Made by a program: the position numbers and the translations under genes. From a virus: a DNA stretch of 64,000 nt. Where the stretch lies: positions 64,001 through 128,000 of the IMG/VR virus record IMGVR_UViG_3300044611_002466. One strand, 5' to 3'. The notes beneath the pieces are model-generated. The model saw only the letters and a program-made list of their open reading frames with translations. It was not told the DNA's origin and searched no databases. Of the stretch, positions 1 to 8,825 are shown piece by piece (position 1 is the stretch's first letter; every line of letters starts with the position of its first letter).

Positions 1-2
1 AC

Positions 3-902
3 TCCGACACGACCGGAAAGTGCATCGTCGACGTGACGAAGACCGGCCTCACCGCCGGCGGCGTACCGACGGCCGGGTCCATCACCCTCACCGGAGGCTC
101 CGGCAAGCTGCTGACGCTCTCGATCGGCAGCACCGCTCTCGACGGTGGGACCGAAGGCTGCGGCATCACCGCCGTGACCGACAGTGCGATCACCTTCGAC
201 TTCGACGCCTCGACCGAGACCAGCGGAGCGATGGTCCTCCTGCAGCTCCGCTGCGACGGGGTCTTGGTCACCCCGATCCCGCTCATCGTCGACTTCCCGA
301 CCGTGACGGTCGCAGACCTGGCCATCACCGCCGCCAAGTTCGCAGTCGGGGCCCTCTCCGCCGACGCCACTGGTCGCGCCGCGATGGCGACCGACTACTT
401 CAACGCCGCCACCCTCCTCCTCAAGTTCGCGGACGGCTGCTTCGCCGCGGACACCGCCACGCGCGCCCTCTTCGGCGACGGGATCTGGACCTCGGAGAAG
501 CTCGCCGAGACGACGATCCAGTACGCCGAGATCAGCATCAACTCGGCGGCCATCAAGCAGCTCTTCACCGCCCCCTACACCCTCGTCGCAGGGGTGGCCG
601 GGAAGGTCGTCGAGTTCCTGAGCGCCACGGTGATGCTCGACTACGGCACGGTCCAGTACGCCACCCAGGGCACCTTGGTGGTCGTCGAGGAGACCTCGAA
701 CACCGTCATGTCGTTGGACCTCGCGAACACCCTGCTCTACGCTTCCGCGGATCGCGTGAGCACCCTCAAGCCCCTCGCCACCGACGTCGTGCTGACCTCG
801 GGCAAGGGCCTCAAGCTCGCCTGCAAGACCGCCGACCCGACGGCCGGTGACGGCGTTCTGCGCGTGAAGGTCGCCTACCGCGTCCACACCACCGGGTTCT
901 AA
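3..902 (+). CDS. Virion structural protein (5'-partial; tail/head decoration-like)
   Basis: Frame is open to the window edge; Thr/Ala/Gly-rich, beta-strand-like; lies upstream of the tail-tube-like gene. Confidence 0.55.
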   Translation, partial: SDTTGKCIVDVTKTGLTAGGVPTAGSITLTGGSGKLLTLSIGSTALDGGTEGCGITAVTDSAITFDFDASTETSGAMVLLQLRCDGVLVTPIPLIVDFPTVTVADLAITAAKFAVGALSADATGRAAMATDYFNAATLLLKFADGCFAADTATRALFGDGIWTSEKLAETTIQYAEISINSAAIKQLFTAPYTLVAGVAGKVVEFLSATVMLDYGTVQYATQGTLVVVEETSNTVMSLDLANTLLYASADRVSTLKPLATDVVLTSGKGLKLACKTADPTAGDGVLRVKVAYRVHTTGF

Positions 903-909
903 GATAACG

Positions 910-938
910 AAGGGGGCGGGCAGTGTGCCCGCCCCCTT
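910..938 (+). terminator. Perfect 13-bp GC hairpin after the first structural gene
   Basis: AAGGGGGCGGGCA-gtg-TGCCCGCCCCCTT. Confidence 0.55.
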
Positions 939-976
939 CACATCGAACATCGCTCCCCAAGCAGGAAGGCAGCATC

Positions 977-1678
977 ATGGCGACCGTCTCAAACTGGAGC
1001 CCCTACGACCAGTTCGTCCAGGGGGGTATGGTCGATGGGCGTTACATGAACGCGGCTTACACGCTCATCGCCGCGGGCCCTCCCCGCTTGGCGAACGTGG
1101 GAGGGCCCGCGTTCCTGGCGGCGGCGTTCGCCGCGGGGAGCTCCGCCGCCGATCAGATCGCCTACCCGATCGGGGTGGTGCAGAGCTTCTCTCTTGGCCA
1201 CTCGATGCAGCTCAACAGGTTCTTCGAGCTGGGCTCTGAGCGGAGCTACGTCGTCCCCGGCCGCGTGATGGGCCAGCTCTCGCTGTCGCGCATCATGTAC
1301 CACGGACCCTCGCTGCTGCGCGTCCTCTACGCGTACTACCAGGACCTCGTCCCGAAGACGGTCATTCCGGCCCTGTTCGCGAACGTGGGCGCCGGCACCG
1401 TGGCCAACCCCCACGACGTCGTCATCCCTCCTGGATACGAGAACGTCTACTTGAACCTGGCCTCGGACTTGTTCAAGCAGCCCATGGGACTGCTGACCAT
1501 GTTCAAGGACTCGAACGAGGACACGATGGCCGCGTACTACTTCGAGAGCTCCTACGTCTCGAACCACTCTCTTGCGACCGACGCGATGGGCACGGTCATG
1601 CAGGAGCAGGTGGGCGTCCAGTTCGAGCGCATGATCCCCATCGCTACCAAGGTCGTCGGCCTCATCAGCGGCCTGTAG
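977..1678 (+). CDS. Tail tube-like protein
   Basis: Start after GGAAGG RBS; IGVVQSFSL...RFFELGSERSYVVPGR...LSLSRIMY pattern resembles large-myophage tube proteins (recalled, not searched). Confidence 0.55.
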   Translation: MATVSNWSPYDQFVQGGMVDGRYMNAAYTLIAAGPPRLANVGGPAFLAAAFAAGSSAADQIAYPIGVVQSFSLGHSMQLNRFFELGSERSYVVPGRVMGQLSLSRIMYHGPSLLRVLYAYYQDLVPKTVIPALFANVGAGTVANPHDVVIPPGYENVYLNLASDLFKQPMGLLTMFKDSNEDTMAAYYFESSYVSNHSLATDAMGTVMQEQVGVQFERMIPIATKVVGLISGL

Positions 1679-1688
1679 GGGGCCCTGA

Positions 1689-4106
1689 ATGTTGTCCGCC
1701 TCGAGCTCTGCGGGGCATCGCGTCCCCCTACCTCCGCGTGCTGTTGCCGGGGGGCGCATCTTCGCCGAGCTCGGGACCAAGCTCGCGGACCTGATGCCCG
1801 CTCCGACGCAGCCGAGCTCGGCCCTTCGCCCTGGCGTGGAGTTCCGTCCCCACCAGGAGGACGCCATCCAGAAGGCCATGCGGCAGAACGGCAACCTGCT
1901 GCTGAGCCACCCAGTCGGCTCCGGCAAGACGGTCACGGCCATCGGCGCGTTCGAGCGGCTGCGGCAGGCAGGGAGGGCCACGCGGGCCCTCATCGTGACC
2001 CCGGCCTCCCTGCGGAAGAACTTCACCGACGAGGGAGTGCACAAGTTCACGACGGACCACTGCACCGTGTTCGGCAACGCCCAGGAGGTGGCCGCGGGTC
2101 AGGGCCGAGCTCTCGACAACCCGGACCCCGACTCCCGCTACCACGTGGTCAGCTACGACCTCTTCCGCGCGGCCCCCGAGGCGTACATCAAGGCCTCTGG
2201 GGCGGACACCGTCATCTACGACGAGCTCCACAAGATCAAGAACATCGGTGCCACGGGCAAGGCGCTGAAGGACGCCAGGAAGTTCCACCGGAACTTCATC
2301 GGCCTCACGGGCTCCATCGTCAGCAACACCCCTGCCGACCTGGTACCGCTCATCGACGCCATGACGGACGGGAAGCATCACCTGGGCACCAAGGAGAACT
2401 TCGAGCGGAGGTTCATGACCGACGACGGGAAGCTGCAGAACACGCCCATCGTGCGGATGTTGTTGAACCCCTACATCCACCACGTCGACGCCGCGGCGAG
2501 CTCCGGCAACATGCCGGTGAAGGAGACGGAGACCATCAAGGTCGACATGTCCCCCGAGCAGCGCGAGCTCTACCAGTACGTCGTGGGGAGGATGGATCCG
2601 GTCACCGCGCTGAAGTTCCGCTTTGGCACGTCGAAGCTGAAGACCAACGACGTCAACAACATCTTCAACAAGATGACCCAGGCGAGGCAGGTCTCCAACG
2701 CCATCCACACGGTCAACAAGTCGGTGACGCTCTCTGAGAGTGCAGAGCGCTCTCCGAAGATTCGGAAGATCCTGGACGACGTGGAGGACCACCTCAGGGA
2801 CACGCCAGACGGCCAGGTCATCATCTACTCGAACATGATCCACGGCGGCCTCGACGTCATCGGGCAGGGCCTGCGCGACCGCGGCATCGACCACGGGATC
2901 TTCATGGGCAAGGGCCAGCCCGGGTCCACCGAGAAGAGCCGGACGCAGGCGGTCTCGGACTACCAAGCTGGCAAGAAGAAGGTCATCCTCCTCTCCTCCG
3001 CCGGTGGCGAGGGGCTGAACCTCGGCAACACGACCTTCGTGGCCAACGTCGATGGACACTTCAACCCTGAGAAGATCCACCAAGCAGAGGCCCGCGGTGT
3101 GCGCGCCGGCGGGCAGGCCCACCGCGCCCAGGCCGATCGCAAGGTCATCGTCAGGCGCTACGTCACGAGGGTCCCGCTCTCGACGTCGACGGTCCTCAAG
3201 GACACGATGAACCTCGTCGCGCCCAGCCAGATCATCACGCGGGCCCTGGAAGGGCAGCCGGTGTTCTACAACCCCCTGAAGAGGGAGCGGTCTCCGGACG
3301 AGTGGGCTTACGAGGTCGCAGGGCTAAAGGACGAGCGGAACAAGGCTCTCCGCGGCAACCTCGACAAGTCGGCTGAGCAGGTGCCGGACAGCGTCGAGGA
3401 CATGTTGGACCTCCTCGAGGCAGGCGTTGTCGCGCGAGCGGAGGACCGAGCACTGCCGCTGGTGAAGGAGGCCGTTGCGAAGGTGGACCACAAGGAACGG
3501 CGGATGGCCGCCGACCGCATTCCGATGCAACCGCACCGGCTCGTCAAGTCCGACCGCGTCGTGATGAACGCGTACATGAAGGAGTTCTCCCCCCACCTCG
3601 AAGAGGCCACGGACCCGGCCACGGTCGCGCTCCCCGCGGACAAGCAGCTGCGCGAGCAGGAGTACATCGCTGCGCTCCGGGCCTACTACCGGGAGGCAGC
3701 CAAGGGAGGCGGTACCGGACTGTCGAAGGCCACGACAGACGAGGAGCGGAAGAAGGAGGTGTGGCGCAATGCCGCGCTCGCCGGAGGCATCGGAACCGTC
3801 TGGGGCGGTACGCAGGGCACAGTTCAGGCGGTGGCCGGCGGCCTGCCCCTCACACACTCGCTGATGTTTGGCGCGGGGACGGCCGCCCTCCTCGGCGGTA
3901 CCTTCGGTGGCATGACCCTCTGGGATGGGATGCGCAATCCCGCCTACAGCACTCCCGCCACGCGTGCCAGGAAGACCGGCAAGCTGACCGACGCTCAGAT
4001 GGTACAGCTCCTCCGCGGCCTGGAGGTGCAGCAGAAGGAGGAGAAGACCCACCGATTCGCCGTAGGATCCACTCCTCGGGCTACCACTACTACCCTCCCT
4101 TCTTGA
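1689..4106 (+). CDS. SNF2/SWI2-family helicase with C-terminal Gly/Ala-rich hydrophobic extension
   Basis: HPVGSGKT (I), DELH (II), LTGS (III), SSAGGEGLNL (V), QAEARGVR (VI). Confidence 0.85.
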   Translation: MLSASSSAGHRVPLPPRAVAGGRIFAELGTKLADLMPAPTQPSSALRPGVEFRPHQEDAIQKAMRQNGNLLLSHPVGSGKTVTAIGAFERLRQAGRATRALIVTPASLRKNFTDEGVHKFTTDHCTVFGNAQEVAAGQGRALDNPDPDSRYHVVSYDLFRAAPEAYIKASGADTVIYDELHKIKNIGATGKALKDARKFHRNFIGLTGSIVSNTPADLVPLIDAMTDGKHHLGTKENFERRFMTDDGKLQNTPIVRMLLNPYIHHVDAAASSGNMPVKETETIKVDMSPEQRELYQYVVGRMDPVTALKFRFGTSKLKTNDVNNIFNKMTQARQVSNAIHTVNKSVTLSESAERSPKIRKILDDVEDHLRDTPDGQVIIYSNMIHGGLDVIGQGLRDRGIDHGIFMGKGQPGSTEKSRTQAVSDYQAGKKKVILLSSAGGEGLNLGNTTFVANVDGHFNPEKIHQAEARGVRAGGQAHRAQADRKVIVRRYVTRVPLSTSTVLKDTMNLVAPSQIITRALEGQPVFYNPLKRERSPDEWAYEVAGLKDERNKALRGNLDKSAEQVPDSVEDMLDLLEAGVVARAEDRALPLVKEAVAKVDHKERRMAADRIPMQPHRLVKSDRVVMNAYMKEFSPHLEEATDPATVALPADKQLREQEYIAALRAYYREAAKGGGTGLSKATTDEERKKEVWRNAALAGGIGTVWGGTQGTVQAVAGGLPLTHSLMFGAGTAALLGGTFGGMTLWDGMRNPAYSTPATRARKTGKLTDAQMVQLLRGLEVQQKEEKTHRFAVGSTPRATTTTLPS

Positions 4107-4146
4107 GGGACATCGCCGACGGGCGCGTCGAGTTACAGGGAGGCCC

Positions 4147-6207
4147 ATGTCTGAACTACCCCCCTCCGTAGAGCGAGCCATCGGTACCACCGTGCACTGG
4201 GCCGCCTTCGCGGACGAGCTCGGGAAGCAGGCTGCCGTGGTGGAGGTCGCACACAACTTCCACCCCGTCGTCGTGCAGCCTCCGCGGGCGAAGCGTGCGA
4301 AGTTCCCCTTCACTGGCTTTATCGACTTCCAGGGCATCAAGATCGACGTCGAGAACAAGAAGGGCGAGTACCGCCGCGGGAAGGACAAGGACGGGCACGA
4401 GTGGAAGTGCCTGATGCACTCGCACTACGGCGAGATCCGGGACACGGAGGGCACCGACGGCGACAAGCTCGACGTCTACGTTGGCCCCAACCACGACTCG
4501 AGCTTGGTCGTGGTCGTTCGACAGCTCAAGCCAGACACAGGAGCCTTCGACGAAGACAAGGTGATGCTCGGGTACGACTCAGTGGAAGAGGCCATCGGAG
4601 CCTATAAGAAGCAGTATGACAAGCCTGGCTTCTACAAGGACGGTGGCCACAAGGTGATGCCGATCGGTGAGTTCTGGCGGTGGGTGCACGACCGCGAGAA
4701 CTACGGCAAGAAGGTGGCTGGATTCCTACATGACCTGACCGGCAGAAGTCTGGACGAGGCGCGCAAGGCGCACGTGCGTAGGGTGGAAGAACACAATGCC
4801 CACCTGCAGGGCGCGATCCGCGACTACGACGAGATGCGTGACTTGGTGGAGCAGTCAGCCCGATGGAAGTCGACGAGGCTTGGGAGGCACCGCAAGCGCC
4901 TTGCCGACGCCGCCAAGTCCGTCGAGCGTATTGCGGCCCTGGCTCCTCCGCATTTCGACCCCTCTCCGATCGCCAGGAGGATCCGAAACACGCGTCTCGG
5001 CACCGCGGCTGTTCTCGGTGGGGGCGCGTTGCTCACGGGGCTTGCCGCGCACCGTCACAGACAACCCGAGGCGAAGAAGGCGGCGGCCCCCCTGGACGCG
5101 GGGGTGCGAGAGTTCGCCCTGCACCCTCGTCTCCAGAAGGCGCTGGGTGGTGTAGCCGCCGCCGGAGGCCTGTACGCGGGGTACAAGTACCGCCAGCGGG
5201 AGCGCCTGAAGGAGCTGGAGTCCGGCACGCCCAGTATGGGCAGACACGCGCTGGAAGGAGGAGCAGCGGGCGTCCTCGCAGGCGCGAGTCTCGGCGGAGC
5301 AGCGGTACACAAGGCCAAGCCCGTGCTCGCGCGGATGCGGGACCTTACTGCACCAGTCGCGGCAGCTATGACAGAGAGCGCCAAGACGATGCGGAACTCG
5401 GGGATGTCCCCGGAGAAGATCAAGCAGACCGTTCTCCAGAACCCCGTGTCCGTCAAGGGACTGCACGTGGCGCGAGCAGGGCATGCGGCGCACCTGCTCC
5501 ACGGGAAGCTCAGTGTCGGGAGGGGTGCCCTGGCAGGCGCAGCCATCGCTGGTATTGCTGGCGCCGGGCTCGCGGCACGCGGCGCACGCGGAGACGAGGC
5601 GAAGGCTGACCTCCGCGGAGAGCAGCGACGGCTCAAGCGCGGCCCGTACGCCCAGCCTAAGGAGGCCGGTGCGAGCCCCCTCTCTGCGGCGGGGACTGCT
5701 ACTCCCAGCGGCCTCGTAGCACGGAACAAGATGCAGAAGACGGCGCCCCCGCACTACACCCCACCGCCTGCTGCCGTACAGGTCGCGCCCTCGCCGTGGA
5801 CAAAGGGAGCGGACGCTGAGCTGCCCGGCGTCGGTGACGAGGGAGAGCGGCCGCACATCCCTGGGATGAAGCAGCCTCGCCTGGCCACTCCACGCCTGAA
5901 CCCCGACCAAGGGAAGCACATCCCCACGAACCCCTTCCGCGGCAGCTGGAAGAAGCTGGGAGGCGGTCCCTTACACGAGGTCGCCGAGGTGGCGCACCAC
6001 TTGACCGCTGCGATCCCTGAGAAGGTGAAGCACGGCATCCTGGGCGCTGGCATCTTGGGCGCGGGGGCCCTGGGGCTAAAAGCAACCGCCGACCAGGTGG
6101 TCAATCCCCGCCCTGAGGGGGTTGGCTTAGGCGCTGGAGCGCGAGCCGGCCAGAAGGCTCTGACTCTTGGGCTCTCGCGGGCTGGATCGGGGCCCGTGCA
6201 GTATTAG
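4147..6207 (+). CDS. Multi-domain virion-associated protein with N-terminal inorganic pyrophosphatase-like (InPase) domain
   Basis: HYGEIRDTEGTDGDKLDVYVG...FDEDKVMLGYDS..EAI.AY motif, then several Gly/Ala-rich hydrophobic segments. Confidence 0.75.
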   Translation: MSELPPSVERAIGTTVHWAAFADELGKQAAVVEVAHNFHPVVVQPPRAKRAKFPFTGFIDFQGIKIDVENKKGEYRRGKDKDGHEWKCLMHSHYGEIRDTEGTDGDKLDVYVGPNHDSSLVVVVRQLKPDTGAFDEDKVMLGYDSVEEAIGAYKKQYDKPGFYKDGGHKVMPIGEFWRWVHDRENYGKKVAGFLHDLTGRSLDEARKAHVRRVEEHNAHLQGAIRDYDEMRDLVEQSARWKSTRLGRHRKRLADAAKSVERIAALAPPHFDPSPIARRIRNTRLGTAAVLGGGALLTGLAAHRHRQPEAKKAAAPLDAGVREFALHPRLQKALGGVAAAGGLYAGYKYRQRERLKELESGTPSMGRHALEGGAAGVLAGASLGGAAVHKAKPVLARMRDLTAPVAAAMTESAKTMRNSGMSPEKIKQTVLQNPVSVKGLHVARAGHAAHLLHGKLSVGRGALAGAAIAGIAGAGLAARGARGDEAKADLRGEQRRLKRGPYAQPKEAGASPLSAAGTATPSGLVARNKMQKTAPPHYTPPPAAVQVAPSPWTKGADAELPGVGDEGERPHIPGMKQPRLATPRLNPDQGKHIPTNPFRGSWKKLGGGPLHEVAEVAHHLTAAIPEKVKHGILGAGILGAGALGLKATADQVVNPRPEGVGLGAGARAGQKALTLGLSRAGSGPVQY

Positions 6208-6364
6208 AGAGCACGGCCCCGGTCTCTGGGTCGTAGGTGCCCTCGTCCACGATGGCGAGCTCCACCAAGAGCTCGAGCACCTCCTCCGGCCGAACGCGAC
6301 GGCCCGCCTCCCGTGAGAGAGTGCGGGCCGTGCGCTCGAGGTAGCGGAGGTGGTGGGGCTGCAT
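6101..6364 (-). CDS. Small hypothetical protein (possible DNA-binding)
   Basis: 87-aa ORF ending the - strand chain; overlaps the 3' end of the InPase gene. Confidence 0.5.
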   Translation of the reverse strand: MQPHHLRYLERTARTLSREAGRRVRPEEVLELLVELAIVDEGTYDPETGAVLSNTARAPIQPARAQESEPSGRLALQRLSQPPQGGD

Positions 6365-6384
6365 CCCCCACCACTACCACCCCC

Positions 6385-6669
6385 TCAGTGGTTCCGCTTG
6401 CGGCCCCGACGGTAGGACGCGTAGCGGAGCTTCCGGACCCAGACACGCACCGACGCGTAGACCAGCCACGCCACCGCGCGGAAGTACGACGAGCAGTCGA
6501 TGACCGCCTCCGTCTCCCGCAGCTGCTTCTCGAGCAGCGCCCGTTCCGTCTGCGCGTACGACAAGGCGGACCACGCCCAGTTCTTCGCCCCCTGCAGTCC
6601 GTACTGCGGATCTGCGACCATCTCATCGAAGGTCTCGTGGAACTCCTTCCTGTCTACATCGAAGCTCAC
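6385..6669 (-). CDS. Hypothetical protein
   Basis: GTG start overlaps the upstream stop. Confidence 0.6.
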   Translation of the reverse strand: MSFDVDRKEFHETFDEMVADPQYGLQGAKNWAWSALSYAQTERALLEKQLRETEAVIDCSSYFRAVAWLVYASVRVWVRKLRYASYRRGRKRNH

Positions 6670-6968
6670 GACGCACTCTCCTCCGGTGGAAGGTGTTCGA
6701 GTGCCGGGCGCGTCGCCTGCCACTCCAAGGTGCCGCCGCTATCGCCGACCGCCACCGCCTGGAGGAAGTCCATCCGCAGCCCCACCAGGCGCGCTCTGCC
6801 GTACCCCCCAGGTCCCGTGTAGTGAGCGACCACGGAATCGAAGAGTTCGCGATCTTCGTAGTACTTCACCCAGTGCAGGTCCCCGTGGACCGAGAACCCG
6901 ATCTTGAAGAGCGTGACCGGACGCCCACCGAGGTTGTTGAACTTGTCGAGATGTGTCGACTGCTTCAT
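6666..6968 (-). CDS. Hypothetical protein
   Basis: GAGGAGAGG RBS, ATGA overlap. Confidence 0.65.
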   Translation of the reverse strand: MKQSTHLDKFNNLGGRPVTLFKIGFSVHGDLHWVKYYEDRELFDSVVAHYTGPGGYGRARLVGLRMDFLQAVAVGDSGGTLEWQATRPALEHLPPEESAS

Positions 6969-7993
6969 TTCCTCTCCTCGTCGAATGCGGTGCACTCGCA
7001 TTCGGTGCGATGACCGCGGCAGGGGCCAAGGCGTTTGTCGGGGTCGTTCTTGCGGTAGTGAAAGTCGATGGAGTGTCCGCAGGCGGCGCAGTGCGGGATG
7101 CGCTGCACCTCCTGCTGGTACTCCTGCATGAACGGGCTTTTCGGCTTCTTCTCCAGAGGGAGAATGCTCCCCGCGTAGCTGGACTCGTTCACCCTCTCCC
7201 TGATGTAGCCAGCCACCAGGTGACCAGAGTACGCCGCCCCCAGCGCCCTCTTCAGGCGCTTCTTCCGGAGCCGCTTCGGTCCCGGCCCGAGCTTCAGCGC
7301 GAGGATGCGCGGGAAGTTCCTGAGCCAGAACTCCCGGAACTCCATCCCATCGACGTACTCGGTGTCGAGGTTCACGGGCCGCGTGAGCCTCGCATGAGCC
7401 GCCACGAGGAGCTCTTCTCGCCGCTCCTCCACAGCCCTCATCCACGCACCGGTCGTGGAGTAACTGACACTCGGAGTACCCTCGAGGAACTCCTTCGGAA
7501 CCCCCAGAGCGATGATGATGCTCTCCCGGATGTCGATCTTCTCCTTGTCGAGCTCGAGCCTCGCTATCGCTTCCGGGTTCGACACGAACAACCCGGCTTC
7601 GACGTCCACGACCTCATGAACCACGGGCGGCGGGGAGTACTCCCGCTGCAGGTGCTTCGCGAAACCGTCGAGCGACTCCCACAGTCCTTCCGGAGACGTG
7701 AGAGGGTCCCCGGCGCTCTGCGCGAAGATCTCCGACAGCGGGGGGTACTTGATCAGCGCGCCACGTGCCGCCCCGCTGACCATCGGCAAGGACATGATGC
7801 CGCTCATGTTCATCATGCCGACGCCGAGCTTCGTCGAGACGCCCTCAGCGATCTTCGGGATGTTGTCGGTCCCGCATGAGGGGCAGACGTGCGCGTCCAC
7901 GGCGTAGTGGGCCACCAAACAGCCCTCCTTTCCGTCCGGACAGGGGACCATCCGCGAGGAGTACTCGGCGCCGCAGGCGCAGACGATCCTCAC
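6965..7993 (-). CDS. Hypothetical mosaic protein with Cys-rich ends
   Basis: CxC/CxxC clusters at both ends; central ALGVPKEFLEG segment; GTGA overlap. Confidence 0.6.
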   Translation of the reverse strand: MRIVCACGAEYSSRMVPCPDGKEGCLVAHYAVDAHVCPSCGTDNIPKIAEGVSTKLGVGMMNMSGIMSLPMVSGAARGALIKYPPLSEIFAQSAGDPLTSPEGLWESLDGFAKHLQREYSPPPVVHEVVDVEAGLFVSNPEAIARLELDKEKIDIRESIIIALGVPKEFLEGTPSVSYSTTGAWMRAVEERREELLVAAHARLTRPVNLDTEYVDGMEFREFWLRNFPRILALKLGPGPKRLRKKRLKRALGAAYSGHLVAGYIRERVNESSYAGSILPLEKKPKSPFMQEYQQEVQRIPHCAACGHSIDFHYRKNDPDKRLGPCRGHRTECECTAFDEERK

Positions 7994-8367
7994 GAGGACA
8001 CCTTCCACTTCTGCGACGCGCAGTACTCCTTGAACGCCTCGACGGCTTCGTTGGGCACCGTCACCGAGAGGGAGGTGACCGTGCGCGCCTTCAGCCACTT
8101 CCGGACCACCGCGACAAAGTCGCTGTTGAAGCCGGCCGGTACCGGGCCCTTGCCCTGCCAGTCGAGAGTGCCGAACTCCAGGTCGTACTTCGCCGTCGGA
8201 TCTACGATGGCACCCGGACTGCCGTACTCATCGGACAGGTGAAGGGTCGCGACGGTACTGCCCTCGGGGACCTCTCCCTCCGTGAACGTGCAGCTGTCGT
8301 AGCAGACGTCGGTACCCGGCGGCCACTCCTGAAAGAACGCGATGATGTCAGCGCCTTTGATCTTCAC
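7990..8367 (-). CDS. Hypothetical protein
   Basis: GTGA overlap with the Nudix stop. Confidence 0.6.
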   Translation of the reverse strand: MKIKGADIIAFFQEWPPGTDVCYDSCTFTEGEVPEGSTVATLHLSDEYGSPGAIVDPTAKYDLEFGTLDWQGKGPVPAGFNSDFVAVVRKWLKARTVTSLSVTVPNEAVEAFKEYCASQKWKVSS

Positions 8368-8825
8368 GTACCACCTCCAGCCTGGGTTGAGTGCTCTCTC
8401 GCACGCTCCCGCCTCGCCTTGATCTCGGCGATGAAGTAGGGGAGCGAGAGCGTCATTGCGGCTTCGTCGAGGAGCTGCAGCTGCTCCAGGGACATCCACG
8501 CGAAGTCACTGTGGATCTTAGAATCCATCTCGGGCGGACCGAACCGCGGCGGCTGTACCTCGTAGAGGTGCACCACGAAGCGGATGCCGCGTTGGTCCTC
8601 AAGGACGGGGGTGGTCGTGATGTAGTGCCCGATGTCGACGTTCACCTTCAGCTCTTCCCACAGCTCCCGCCGCAGGGCTGCGGAGTGTCGCTCCCCCGCC
8701 TCCACCTTCCCGCCAGGCATCTCCCACGCGCCGGCGGGGGAGTGCACCCGCTTGGCCACGAAGAGCTCGCCCGAGGCGTTCTGCACGCACCCCGCCACCA
8801 CCTGAATGAGCGGCTTCGTACTCAT
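8364..8825 (-). CDS. Nudix hydrolase (MutT-like)
   Basis: Nudix box GGKVEAGERHSAALRRELWEELKV. Confidence 0.9.
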   Translation of the reverse strand: MSTKPLIQVVAGCVQNASGELFVAKRVHSPAGAWEMPGGKVEAGERHSAALRRELWEELKVNVDIGHYITTTPVLEDQRGIRFVVHLYEVQPPRFGPPEMDSKIHSDFAWMSLEQLQLLDEAAMTLSLPYFIAEIKARRERAREHSTQAGGGT

